From: Ginglymostoma cirratum
Taxonomy: Eukaryota
DNA: 64,000 nt
NCBI GenBank assembly: GCA_024137785.1
Contig: JAHRHZ010000031.1
Span: 17,069,653-17,133,652, forward strand
Reading direction: 5' to 3'
The position numbers and the translations under genes are program-made. The notes under the pieces are model-generated. The model searched no databases. It had not been told where the DNA came from and worked only from the letters and a program-made list of their open reading frames with translations. Shown here in pieces: positions 39,430 to 51,994 of this stretch. Positions within the stretch are counted from its first letter, which is position 1. Each line of letters begins with the position of its first letter.

Positions 39430-42400
39430 ATTCTGATGGATCTCCCATGGCTCGAGAAAGAAATGTAATCGTCCACGTTAACCCAGAGTTGGACTTCCGC
39501 GGTGATGAGGCACATTCTACCAGCGGTCGATCTGGGACCAAGGATTCCGAGTGCCAGACAGAGGATATTCTAATTGCTGCCCCATCGGCGAGGCGGATCC
39601 GAACTCAACGGGGCAGCAGTATCACATCTTCCTTGTCACATTCGGCTGGGAATATCCCAACATTGGCAGACAATTCAGGCTCGATGTTTCTCGCGCCAAT
39701 GGACAACCGCGTTCGCGCCCGCAGCCTTTCGCGAGAAGGCATTGGAGATTCGCTGTTCCCTCACGAGTTAAGTCAGGATGACAGCGTGGAGAGCATCACC
39801 GGGGCTCCTGAAAAATACCTGCCCGGCCCAGAAAGGGCAGAGGAGGAAGAGGACGAAGCAGGTTTGTTTATTCAGAGCTCGCGGACACATCATTCAAAGG
39901 GAGTTACTGTTCAACCGCAGCAAAGCCCAGAAAGTGAATCCCAGGGAGCAAAGATGTCCAAATTTGTGCCGGAGGGAGATTTGGGCAACAGCGAAATCTC
40001 TTCAAATTCTGATACGTTCGGCAGTCCAGTCAACAGTATCTCCAGTGGAGGGGTTCTGTTGAGGAGTCAGATAGATCAAAAGGAGGACCATCAATCCTCG
40101 AGTGGAAACTGGAGTGGGAGTAATTCGACATGCCCCTCACAGACATCCGAGACCATCCACACTGCGTCTTCGCCGCCCCTAACAGGATCTTCACACTGTG
40201 ACTCCGAGTTATCCTTGAACACGCCTGCTCACACAAACTACGATTCTGCAGGTTTCTTACTGGAACAGTACCCGTATCAAGGAGATAAAGTCAGAGGTCA
40301 CAGGGCAAACTCTTTTACTTCCATGGGAACAGATGTGATGGAAGATCTCAACACGAGTAACACAAGTGACGCTGAATGGAGCTACTTACACCACTGCCAT
40401 GATGCATCTTGCCATCGAGACTTGAGCCCAAGGAATTCAAGGACAAATAGCTTGGGATGCCCAAGTTTTGCCAGCTTGGGTACGTGTGACAGTTTTGTTG
40501 AGAGACCATCCTCCTCCAAAACTGATTCGGGCTCACATTTCTCCGTGGATACTGAAGGGTATTATACCTCCATGCACTTTGACTGTGGTTTAAGAACTAG
40601 TAGAAATTACATTTTTAACTATGCATCCGCAGGCTCCGATGGGATCCAGAGTACAGAAAATACTTCCGAACTCGGCGAGCTCCCTCAAGCAGATCACTTA
40701 GAGCTGACAAAGCAGAAGCATCGGGGCCAGAGCATTGCACTGAAGAAACCAAAGGCAAAACCAGCCCCACCAAAACGCAGTTCATCTTTGAGGAAGAATG
40801 ATATTTGTACGAGTGAGAGTGATCAGAAAAATGAACCAAAGACAAACGATATACAGGAGAAGACTGTATCTTCTAGAGATGCACAGAAATCTTTGCAACT
40901 TGACCTAAGCCTTGCAGCTGAGAGGTTCAAAGGATCCTCCATGCCACCTTCGAAAACAAACAGTCCCTGGGATAGTCAAAGTGGATATACACATGACAAT
41001 GAATTATCAGACCCTCAACTCACCCCATTGGACATGCCCTCCTTGAAGGATGAAGGTGTTGTGCAATCGGATTATGCAGGTCTCTGGCTGTTAAATGACT
41101 TAAAGTCTAATGATCCTTACAGATCGTTATCGAACTCTAGTACTGCCACAGGTACAACCGTGATAGAGTGCACAAAGTCTCCTGAAGGATCTGAGTCACA
41201 AACATCCCAATCCGAGTCGCGAGCTACCACTCCATCTCTCCCCTCTGTTGAAAATGAGTTCAAGCTGTCCTCTCCCGATAAGTTGGCCAGTTTGGCATCG
41301 CCATCCAGCGGGTACTCGAGCCAGTCTGGCACACCAACCTCAACTTTGCCTACCCCTCTGTTCCCAGGTCCCTTGTCTCCAAACAGCGGTAAAAAGAAGC
41401 CAAAAGTTCCAGAGAGAAGGTCATCATTGCAGCAGTCTTCCACAAAGAAAGACCTCGAATTACCAACTATACCTCCAACACACCTTGACCTAAGTGCTCT
41501 TCAGAATCTGTTTAAAAGCAAACCTTTTGCTCACAGAAACCAACTGCACATTCCAAATCAGAGCAAACAGAGAGAGGCTTCTGAAAAAACCAACAGCAGT
41601 CCATCTATTTCCCTTGGCATAACTCCATCAGTTCTGCAGTCTGTTCAGCTTCGCTCTGTTAGTAAAATCAAGGAATCCAGGCAGGAATTCCAAGAAGAAC
41701 CTGATATAAGAGAAGGCCCAGGTTATGCAGAGGTCATCGCACCACCAAACAGAACTGAACCGTACACTTATAACCGATCATTGACGCACAAGTACACTGA
41801 AATTTCCAATGCACCTCAACTATTAGAAAAACCATCCTCCACCGAAGCCAACCCAAGCATTTTGCATTTAGAAAGTCATATTGCACTTTGTCTTGAAAAT
41901 AAATTGAATAGAGTGTGTATGTCGCCATTACCGTTAGCTTCTATTGCAGCAAAGTCTCTGACACAACTCACGGTATCTGATGAGTGCCCGCCCAGTGCAG
42001 AACTGGAAGATGACCAAGTAATTCTAACAGAAGGCTGTCAGCTGGCCTCCAACAGCCGCAAGTGGAGCAACAAAAAGAATTCGGTAAAGGAGAGCTCTCC
42101 ACATGAAACAGAGCAAAACTTCTATAATTCCAGTAAAGAATTGCAGAATGAAGTATTTGCCCAGGAAACAGGAAATAAAGAGGAGGCTGGAAGTGTGCAC
42201 TCTCCCTGCAACAGAGTTACAGAAACTCAGTCGGCAGTGGCACTGGGGTCACCAACTGCAGAGAAATTGGAGAGAAAACTTGATTTTGACATGGCCGGTG
42301 ATATAGAAGTTGTACACCGTGACCTAATTCAACCAGAATTAAAAGGTGCACCAAGGCTCGACAAAGGCACTACTGAAGAGAAGACCAAAAGGGTGCAAGA

Positions 42401-42489
42401 TGGCTGTATAGAAAGTGCTGCTGATCATAGCAGAACTGCAGAAGCTCTAGCTGAGAGTCCTAGTGATGGCCAGTCCAAAGACCACTTAG
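39430..42489 (+). CDS. NHS: NHS giant coding exon (human exon 6 equivalent), 3060 nt, phase 1-1
   Basis: Open frame of 1020 codons with DSDGSPMARERNVIVH, DSECQTEDILIAAPS, SSGNWSGSNSTCPSQTSET, SVDTEGYYTSMHFDCG, KKPKAKPAPPKRSSSL, DYAGLWLLNDLKSNDPYRSLSNSSTATGTTVIEC and LASPSSGYSSQSGTPT, all characteristic of NHS. Acceptor tttcgctagcag and donor TTAG|gtaatg. The ORF-track extension to 42569 is intronic read-through. Confidence 0.97.
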
Positions 42490-45306
42490 GTAATGATTTC
42501 TATATTTCTGTCAAATTGTACATTGAGGTTGTTAAACTTTCTACTTGGTTGCATTATCAGGTAAGTTAATGGCCACAGCAAGGTTTCTTTTCATAGCTCA
42601 AAGCTTGATTATTTTCCGAACAATATTTTTAACCCTTGCGGTAGGTTTCTGTATCTAAATCAATCTAAATAATTGCATAAAATAAGCATGATCCAGGTTG
42701 ACATTCAGAGCTCCAGTGTAAATTGACTGCTACAGTTCTGTATCAATAAGATGTTCATTTGTACTACATCAACAAGATTCTGATCTTTTTGTATAATGTC
42801 TTTCTTTAATCTCATTATACACGGGCACATATAATGACATAGAAACATGCATCAGTCTGCTGTACTTTATGAGCTCCACAAATATAATGGGAGTATTCTT
42901 CAGCAAAATATTTCTGATCATTCTTTAAATTAAGTGTTTTGCACTGAAACTGGAATAATGGATGCATTGTAATAAATGATCAATACAGTTGAGAATGCAT
43001 TCAAAAGACCTATTATGTAAGGATTTTAAGGCCGGGGTGGGGAGCGTCCTTTTTTTTCGGAGCTGCACTGCACAGCCCAGTTGAGTAGAGCCAACTTTGG
43101 AAGCTGAGTGAGAGCCATGCTTTTCTGTACCAGAGTTTGGTCAATTTCCCTCCATTTAAAGGAAAAGCAGAAAAATTAAGCAGGTTAGTTTGAAGTTACA
43201 TGCTCTGGCTTGTCCAATTTTAAGACCTTTACTGTTCACGCTTAAGTAGAGTTTTAGAATACCTTCCAAGTTGTAGAAAAACATTAATTTTGATAGTATT
43301 TGGATATAATAGTTTAAGCACATATCCTTTGTGTATTAAATAAATTATGTATTGATTTAAAATGTCACCCAAGGCATATTCATGTTGTCATTTTCCGTTT
43401 GGTCATAGGTTTAGGAGTTGTGGTGCAACAACATTTTACATTGCTAAATTTTGGGGCCAATGGAAATTGCCCAGCAAATATTTAACGCAGATTCCTGGAC
43501 AATGCAAATATATTTTATGATTGTTTTTGACAATTTTTCTGCAGAAGTAGTTTGAAAATAAAATGTTCTTTTAATATTGAGATTTTTGAGCAGCATATTT
43601 TCTCTCAATTTATTAAAAAAAACTACCTCATCAAAGATACACTCAGCAGAAGGTATTTTTCCCAGATGGTTAATAATATGCAATTCATTAGCTTGTCTGA
43701 GTAATTACAGGGAAAGACTGTTTTCTGACGTGATGTCTGTAAAGGCAGTTAGGCTATTAAACCAGAGAGCTGCAGACAGTTTAGACACACTTAGAAAGTC
43801 AGCAATCTTGGACAATAAGATAGATGACATCTGATAAGCTCAAGTAACACAAACGACTGAAGGCTTGGGATGTTTGTGATTATACATTCCTATATAAATA
43901 ATGCTAGGAGGAGATGCAAAATTGAAATTTTTCATCTTACACTCACCAGGAGTAAGGCAAACGAGCTGTTAACTGTCAATCTTAATTTTCAGACCAGGCC
44001 GTAGACTTTGATTGGTCAGGTTGTTGCCATGGGGAATGTGGCACACTGACCGAATCAGTGAACTACTCCTGCTACATCTTCTTGTCGGCACTGGACCAAC
44101 CAATCAGCACGTACTTCTCATGCTGTATAAATTGGTGTTCCCTTTCCAAACCTGCTTACCTTGGCCCGATGAGTTCAGGACAAAGAGCTTTGACCTTGTG
44201 TCTTTCTTTTTAGCAATGTTTAAGTTTCATTCTACAAGCAATTATTTATTGTACAACTACGTATTTCACAAATCGACTTAAGTTAATCTGGTTTGAATTT
44301 ATGCTGTCTATGTTCATGAATTGTGAAATGAAGTGACTTAACAATTTACATCAAGCCTCAATTTGTAAAGGTTGACCGTGTACATGTTTTTGGAATGATT
44401 GAGGAAATGTACGCGTGAAAGATGCAAATTTTGTTTCAGGTCATAATGAGGGGTGCTATTGCTGCAATTGCAGTCATAGATGTAAAGCAACTTGAGTCAA
44501 GTCCTACAAAAGACAGAAGTGACCAATACTATTGTAGCTCCAATTCTGAAAGTAATCTTCTGCCCCAGAGATGGCGATCTCAGGGGTGGGAAGGTTATTT
44601 AACTAGGCAAGGTGATGTCATAGCTGAACACTGCCCCCTTCCCACCTCCTCCCAGAATTAAGGCCCATTGTCAACTTTGCCAGCTTGTGCCAATTGAGGC
44701 CTTTAAGTAGCCTGTTATGGTGGGGAGTGCCTCAATTAGAGATAATCAATGCCTGATTGAGAGACTGGTTATCAGGAAACAGGGATCCTGATAAGCACCA
44801 CCCTCTGTCCTTACTTCTAACCTCACATTAGGTACCCGTGACTGAGTACAAGAGCTACTGGCCTCCCACTGACCGTACTCTCTCATGAGGTGTGTTTTCA
44901 TCGTTCCTGGTGAATGTTCTCTGGTGGCCTTGCCACTGCCTGATTGGCATGTTGTTCAGCAGGCCTTACTGAAAACATAAATGGTGAAAAGTGCAGTTGA
45001 GTTGTTTCTCCAGCTTACAGGAGAGCTCTTCACTCCAGAACAAGAGTCTACCTTCTTTATGGCAGACACAGCTTTGATTTTAATCAAATATCAAATCATC
45101 TCAATTCATGAAAATCGTCCAGGGAAGCAATTTGAAATGCTGCACAGGCTAAGATTATTAATGCATTTTTATGTAAAATGTTCTATTAAGCCATACTAAA
45201 ATCTATGTGTCTATGTCATGAAGGTTTTGTGCAATTAAATGTCAAAATGAATTGAAATGTTAGTGCAGACACCAAGGAAAATACCACTTACCTTTCTCAT
45301 ACACAG

Positions 45307-45427
45307 ATGTAGGACTGGGTGAAAGTTACTTGACTTCTCCTTTGGATCTTGAGACGAATGAAGATAATGTATTCATATCACCAAACAAACTCCGCACAAC
45401 AGAGGACCTTTTTGCTGTGATTCACAG
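45307..45427 (+). CDS. NHS: NHS coding exon (human exon 7 equivalent), 121 nt, phase 1 to phase 2
   Basis: Acceptor cctttctcatacacag and donor CACAG|gtcagg. It encodes (D)VGLGESYLTSPLDLETNEDNVFISPNKLRTTEDLFAVIH(R), with the conserved RTTEDLFAVIHRSKRK split across the intron. Confidence 0.95.
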
Positions 45428-45744
45428 GTCAGGAGTCTTTATAAATGTTTACATGTACTTGGCTACCAAATTATCTGGAAATAAATTACAGATGTCCCAT
45501 GGCATTGCTCATGTGAATTGCAAGCTTTTCTGTTTCAGGAATGGCTGGAAGCGCTAATGCGGTACATAAATCTGCAGAAAGGTTTTGGAAACAATCTGTC
45601 AGACACTGATTGAAATTTTTTTGTATTGATTTTTCGAAGCAAATGCTTTTTCTCCTTACCTACCGTAAATGTATAAAGAAATGCATTTTCTCCCTTCACT
45701 TCCAAAGCTAACGTAAATAAGTAACTCTACAAAATGGTTAAGAA

Positions 45745-46500
45745 GGATAGATAACTGGAAGAAGGGGAATTGAACGACAACATTTATATAGCATCTTTCG
45801 TAGCACCCAGTGGTACATCACAGGAGCATGATGGTTCTAAACTGGCAAAGATAGATAAACTATTTCCACTGGTTGGGATTCTAGAACCAGGTGGCATAGT
45901 CTGAGAGTTAGGACCAAAGGAATCAGGAGAGATATGAGGAAGCAGTTCCATACACAAAGCATGATAGGTGTTTGGAACCCTCTTGCACAAGTGACATTAG
46001 GAGCTGGGTTAGTTTTAATTTTAAATCTAAGATAGACACATTTTTGTTCCGCAGATGTATTAACAGACAGGTATAGAACATAAAACAGTACAGCACAGTA
46101 CAGGTCCTTCGTCCCACGATGTTGTGCCAAATCTTAACCCTAAACCTAAAGTCTATCTAACCTCCACGCCTACGTTATACTATCATCCATATGCCTACCT
46201 AATAGCCGCTTAAATGCCCCTAATGAGGCCAACTCCACTACCCTCTCCGGCAATGCATTCCACACCCCTATCACTTTCTGATTAAAGAACCTACTTCTGA
46301 CGTCTCCTAAATATCTACCTCTACTCACTTTAAAACTATGCCCCCTTGTAATAGCTACCTCCACCCTAGGAAAAAGTCTCTGGCTGTCCACTCTATCTTT
46401 GTGGGGTTAGACCATAGATCAGCCATGATCTTATTGACTGGAGGAACAGGCTCGAGGGGCTGAATGACCTACCCCTATCCTTACATCTTTTTGTTCCTGC
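45745..46500 (+). mobile_element. CR1 3' end, interrupted by an inverted second CR1 tail
   Basis: Contains gatagataaactatttccactggttggggattctagaacc-like sequence at ~45850, and the tail agatcagccatgatcttattga..ggctcgaggggctgaatgacctac resumes at ~46415. Confidence 0.8.
46072..46398 (-). mobile_element. Younger CR1 3' end nested in the plus-strand CR1
   Basis: The rc encodes VDSQRLFPRVEVAITRGHSFKVSRGRYLGDVRSRFFNQKVIGVWNALPERVVE and ends ctgtactgtgctgtactgttttatgttctat. Confidence 0.88.
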
Positions 46501-47574
46501 TATCAAAGAAAATTTAAAGATTCATGACTCAGAACCAAGTGTCACATTGCACATAATGTCAATGTTTCATCTGGTTTTGAAATTATTTGGACAAACCAAC
46601 TTAGAATTATTGTCGTATACTAAAGAAAGACCTGCATTCAGATGTTGCACAATTTAGGAGAGCAAATCATTGTGATAAGCTCATTCAAAAATGCTGCTTC
46701 CTGAATCCTTCTCCCCTCAAAGCCTTGAACTTCCCTTATCTCTTACCAGAGCCCGTCTCATCTTTTAGCTCTTCAAATTACGTACTGAATACCTTTCCTT
46801 ATTTTAATTGTTTCCAAATTCTTTCCCTGACTTACCTTAAACACAAAAGATAAGATTAAACATGCTATTGGTGAAGTATGTTTTCTTCCTAAATGTTTTA
46901 CTCTTGGAGAGGCCTTATTTTAAACAATAATATTCATTATAAACGATGTCATTCATTTTAAACAGTTTTATTCCTGTGTGCAGAAGCACAAATGTGTATG
47001 AAGAAAAATTGTTTCAAGTTGCTTAACTCATTCATGACTGCTTGTTTATTGGGAAATTTCCACCATTCCTTAAAGTAGAGATCTATTGTCTTATAAATAT
47101 AACGTGAACAAAAAATGTGAAAAACAAGCAACTGTAAAAGTGCTGCTCCCCTAATTAGTACAGGAAGTGTAATGATTAAATAGAACAATTGGCATATTTA
47201 TTCTATGAAGAAAATTGCACCAGAGTATTGAAACTAGAGACACAGTCTCCATTTAAAAGCATTCTTTTGTTTACAATGTGTTGACAAAACATGTGCCATT
47301 TGGAAAGCAAGAAATTAGTCTTAGTTGCTATCGTACAAGGCTTTGGTTTGGAAAGAGTTAGTTTAAGATTTCCCCATAATGTGGATGCTACTAGAACTTA
47401 GGTGGGGGAGTAGTTGTGGATCTCAGAAAGAGACAGACCTGCTACCTCGGTCTCCCTCTTAGTCTTAGTTATAATGTCTATTATACTGATGTAACTTGGC
47501 ATCATGCAATAAACTAAATGCTATCCAGGACAAGAGCCTCTTCTCATTAGACAACCAAGTGATTTTCTTTTCTC

Positions 47575-48330
47575 CTTCATAGCAGTTCCTCGTGGTTAAG
47601 GATGACTTGCTTCTATACCAAATGTTCTCATTTGATTGAAGAGACCAATGCATGACCCACAGTCTCTGTCCCACCTGCGGGAGAGCATGGTAGAGCAATG
47701 GGAAACTTTGTAGTGTCCAGTGTTAGGATGTATTCCTGTGGACCGGACTGCATGGGTTCTGGGCAAGGATGAGCTGAAACGTTTGTTTACCCTGCAAGGG
47801 GAGTCTAGGAGATAGGCAATTAGTTCATTTGAAAAGCCAATTTCATTGGAGGAATGCCTCTCTTGAAACATACTTTTCCATAAGAAGTTGTAACAACCAC
47901 CTTGTTCCTTGAGTAGGTTTTGTCTGCTTTCAATGGCGATGTCAATGTTGAAATGTTTGATCTCCCAGGTAATGGCAACAGTACCCCAATCCAACTGTCA
48001 CTGTTGGGATTGTCCATGAGAGTGATAATACTCCAGGTTATAGGCAGGTTATGGGTGGAAGATGACTATGCTTAATTCCAATGTTTGGTAGTCAGCTGCT
48101 TCTAGGCCTTGGCACAGAACGGGCTCGGTCTAACAGCAAGGGTGATGAAGACCACTGCAAACCAAGTTCTGCTGTTTGGCCTCAGGACATACAAGCACAC
48201 AAGTGTTGACAGTTCTGGCTATCTCATTATCATAAAAAAACCCATTTTGTTCCTTGAATTCTTTCACCAACTCCAGTGATCCAGTCACAGTCTCCAGGAA
48301 CTTGTGACTGCATTGCCTAGGATTTCAGGA
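47575..48330 (-). mobile_element. Internally deleted RTE LINE (5' UTR plus endonuclease start fused to 3' end)
   Basis: The rc gives MDNPNSD..TVAITWEIKHFNIDIA..LKEQGGCYNFLWK..HSSNEIGF, resembling the RTE APE N-terminus (ELxRxDIDIAALSETR..GQLKEQGGGYTFFWKG). About 200 bp further is the RTE-type 3' end gaagcaagtcatccttaaccacgaggaactgctatga. Confidence 0.7.
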
Positions 48331-49609
48331 TAACGCAATGATTAGCTTCTTACCGGAAGGGCTGGGCCATCGAGAACTTAGATCCAATAAAATTGCAGTC
48401 AGTTTGGAGGTTTGCAGACTCCATCAGTGAATGAAAGTAAGTCCAGCAGGAGAATGCAAGAAAGTCCTTTTGATTTTGAAAAAAGAATTGAAAATGCAAT
48501 AACAGTATAGAAGGGGAATAAAAACCATTAAATTGCAAAATAATTACGTGACAAAAAGATTAACATTTAAAAATTTAAACTACCTTGATCAGAAAGGAAG
48601 CCTGTTCAGTGACTTTGAAGGATTACCATGATGTCACCCAGTGGCCAAAATATGCAACTATTAGCAATGAATTTAAAATAACCAACTTTGGAGACTGAGT
48701 AGATTTTTACGATTGTTTTATTCAAGTGGCACCAGGAGAGATTCACCTCAGTTATTAACTCAAGCAAAACTTTCAAATGTGTGAAAAATCATTGTCTATA
48801 CTATGGCATCCTCTTATCCACATTTCATATACCTCAAATAAAGCAGATCCCCCCTCTATGTTATAGGTTCATCTGTTCATGCCTCCTTCACCCAACTAGG
48901 CCGTAAACAATTAATCTCATCCTGGATGTTGCTATCTCTTCCTTTACCAGTGTTTGTCCTATCCTGTCACCTCTCAAGGCCTTCGTAGAATATTTTTGTT
49001 AACAATGTCTCCGGTTGGCATAGATGCCATGGATACCAAACTGCATATGGTTCACTGCATACAAATTTGCAATCCGCCTCAGTTCTAGTGCAGAAAGCAC
49101 AAGACCTTAGAGTCTAAACTTTTCCTTGAACAGAGCTACATGCACCCACAAATTTTTTGTTTTAACTACATGAACATCCTGTCATGTGTGCTGTGGTCCT
49201 TTTCTCATTATCTATTGCTGCTTCACCTTGAGCTGTTTACTTGGCAGTTTTTATCCGTGGTGGTTTGTCATTGCCTCCCACTCTCCGTGGGACAGGGCAT
49301 AGAAACAGGTCCAAGGTCTAACCTCAGCCAAAATGGGAAATCAAACACTTTCTGATATTCAAACACCCAGCTAACTGATATAGTCAGCCTCCAAATCATA
49401 CCCACTTACTATTGTTAAATAGCAACTTAGTTTATTATTGGCTGGCATGGTATATGATACGGACCAGTTAGAGGAGCTTTAGCAATGAAAATATTTATCA
49501 CAGAATCTGCCATCATGGAGCTCCATACCAACATGACAACATTAGATCATTGAGCCTAACATTCATTTTAATGGGGCCAATCAATTTAACAAGTAAACAA
49601 CAGTCTATG

Positions 49610-49695
49610 AAGCTCTTGTGACCTGGGTTCAAGTTCGACCTGCTCCAGAGGTTGTAATAACTAACAGCTCTGTTCAGGTTGATTAGACAATATCT
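49610..49695 (+). mobile_element. Short tRNA-derived SINE fragment (same family as 52420-52660 and 59660-59765)
   Basis: ctgggttcaagttcgacctgctccagagg..taataac..ctctgttcaggttgattagacaatatc, with a B-box-like ggttcaagttc. Confidence 0.6.
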
Positions 49696-50409
49696 ACAAC
49701 AGACTACTCCTCCACTCATTTTTATCTTACTGTTTGTATTAGCTCTGTGTCCCCTGATACTCTTACCTAATAAAAATCTGCTTATATCAGGCTTCAGTTC
49801 ATCCAATTGATGCCCCCGTCCTGCAAGAACCCAGAGCCCTTAGGGACAGAGAATTCCAGATTTTTCACTACGTTTCATGTGGAAAAACCAGCCTTCATTC
49901 CCAGTCTGTTGCCTGAAGTGCTCTTCTGGGGTTGAATTTTCCCAGTACTGTGCAGATGGGTTTGGAGACAGATTTGAGAATCTTCTAGTTGTGATCTTGT
50001 TGAAGGTAGAGTCTTGTGGCAGATTGATGAGTTTGATCCACTTGAAATCAACACTGGGATCCTCCCCATGATGTCCAAGCCCCCCCCCCAACTCCGATCA
50101 AAGTCCAGCCATTGTTGGGGATGACCTCCAAATAGCTTAGGGCCTATTGAAGCCACATCTAGGTGACCACAATGAGACTTTTAGTCAGACAATGCTGTGG
50201 GTCCTCTGAGTTCCCCGACACCCTGTGTCATCCTGAGCTGGATGGGGTTACCAGTTCATTGAATTGAGGCCGCAATTGAGTCTGACATTGGGGCCCCCAA
50301 TTCTCAGCAAACTGCAGCCTTACCTGTTTGGTTTCACTCATCAGTTTTAACAAATTCAATAATACATATAGGATCATTTTTTGACAGCATGATCAAAAAT
50401 CAGTCGTAG

Positions 50410-51190
50410 GGCGTAGGAACGGGAGTGGGCCATTCAGGCCCTCAAGGCTGTATCACCATTCAATGAGATCACAGCTGATCTGTGGCCCAACTCCATATGC
50501 CTGCCTTGGTCCCATATCCCTTAATACCTTTGCTTAACAAACATTTGTCTATCTCAGATTTAAAATTAACAACTGACCCTGCACTTTCTGCTGTTTGTGG
50601 AAGAGAGTTCCAAAACTCTACCATGCTTTGTGTATGGATGTGCCTCATAACCTCTCTCCTGAATAATCTGGCCCTAACTTTCAGACCATGCCCCCTAGTT
50701 CCAATCAGTGAAAATGGTTTATCTATATCTATGCTGTCTTTTCCTGTTAATTTCTTAAAATTTCAATCGATCACCATTTAAACTTCTAAGCTCCAGAGAA
50801 AACAGGCCTAATTTGTATAAAAACAGAAGTTGCTTGAAGCACAGCAGGTCTGACAGCATCTGTGAAGAAAAAAATCAGTTAAATCAGGGTCCGGTGACCC
50901 TTCCTCAAAACTAATTTATATAATCTCTCCTCATAACTTAACCCCTGAATCTATGTGTCATTCTGTAAACCCATGTTGTACTCCCTCCAATGCAAATATA
51001 TCCTTCCCAAGGTGTGGTGCCCAGATCTGCTGCAGGACTCCAAGTGGGATCTAACTAGGATTTTGTATAACTGCAACGTAACTTCTGCATCCTTGTACTC
51101 CAGCCTGGTAGGTATAAAGGGCAGCACTCCATTAGTCTTCTTGATTATTTTCTGCACTAGTTTGTGGCATTTTAATGATCTATGCCCTGA
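50410..51190 (-). mobile_element. CR1 LINE 3' fragment carrying a 90-bp nested insertion
   Basis: The rc encodes VQKIIKKTNGVLPFI...LEYKDAEVTLQLYKILVRSHLE, followed by the CR1 3' UTR. Confidence 0.85.
50821..50910 (-). mobile_element. Penelope-like terminal fragment with 13-bp TSD
   Basis: aaacagaagttgct..cagcaggtctgacagcatctgtgaaga..ccggtgacccttcctca, flanked by ctaatttgtataa (50808-50820) and ctaatttatataa (50911-50923). Confidence 0.75.
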
Positions 51191-51271
51191 ACCCCTGCCT
51201 GTCTTCCCTCAGAGCTGTCCCTTTTCCTGGGACTCGTGCTGGGATACATTGCAGGCATGCAGCAACCCACC

Positions 51272-51630
51272 ATTTTTAAATTCATTCATGGGATATGGGT
51301 GTCACTGCTTGGGTCAGCAATTTATTATCCTTAAGTGTTTTTGAGGTGGTGGTGAGCTGCCTCTTTGAACTGCTGTAGTCCATATAGTGTAGGTATATCC
51401 ACAGACTTTCCAGCCTCTGACCTGCTGTTGTAGTCTCAGTAGGTATACAGCTAGTCCACTTCAGTTTCTGGTTACTAGGTGCTTGTCCGTAGTGGGGAAT
51501 TCGGCAACAGTGATGCCAGTGAATGTTGGAGATTGTCCTTGCTTGACACTTGTGTGGTGCAAAATGATTTTAATCCAAGCCTGGATATTGTCCAAGTCTT
51601 ACTGCTAACAGACATGGACTTCCTCAGTAT
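51272..51630 (-). mobile_element. 3' end of a Crack/Daphne-like LINE (probably the same family as 1-880)
   Basis: attcattcatgggatatgggtgtcactg..cagcaatttatt..ggtggtggtgagctgcctc and ccaagcctggatattgtccaagtctt match a common shark LINE tail (recalled). Confidence 0.6.
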
Positions 51631-51994
51631 TTAATTGTGGGCTTTGACAGTAACTTTTGACAGCATTCACTGTCAGTAGTTGTTAAACCAGACATGTTGA
51701 AACCACAGTGGAGAACAGATGGCTGTGTAAATTTAGGAGATCTTCAGATTTGCATCAAATTTTTATGTTTAATTTGAAATTCTTATTAAATATGTGATAT
51801 AAATAGCATCTCCTGATTAGATTTAGCTCTGATCTTCATATAGGTGACAGCTCACTTTGATCTTGGGATTTTTGGGTGCTTCCACAATCTGGTGCCTTGA
51901 GGTGAGCTGTTCTCTCAAACAGCGGACCCTGGAAAATTAGAGAGTGAGCATTTTGTGATCTTCTGACCATTAAGAGGGAGAGATATTGCCCTGA

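Noticed and set aside
39447-42569. 1040-aa ORF as a standalone intronless gene
   Set aside because: It is the internal giant exon of NHS. The frame is open upstream of the ATG to the acceptor, and the last 26 codons are intron read-through past the donor at 42490.
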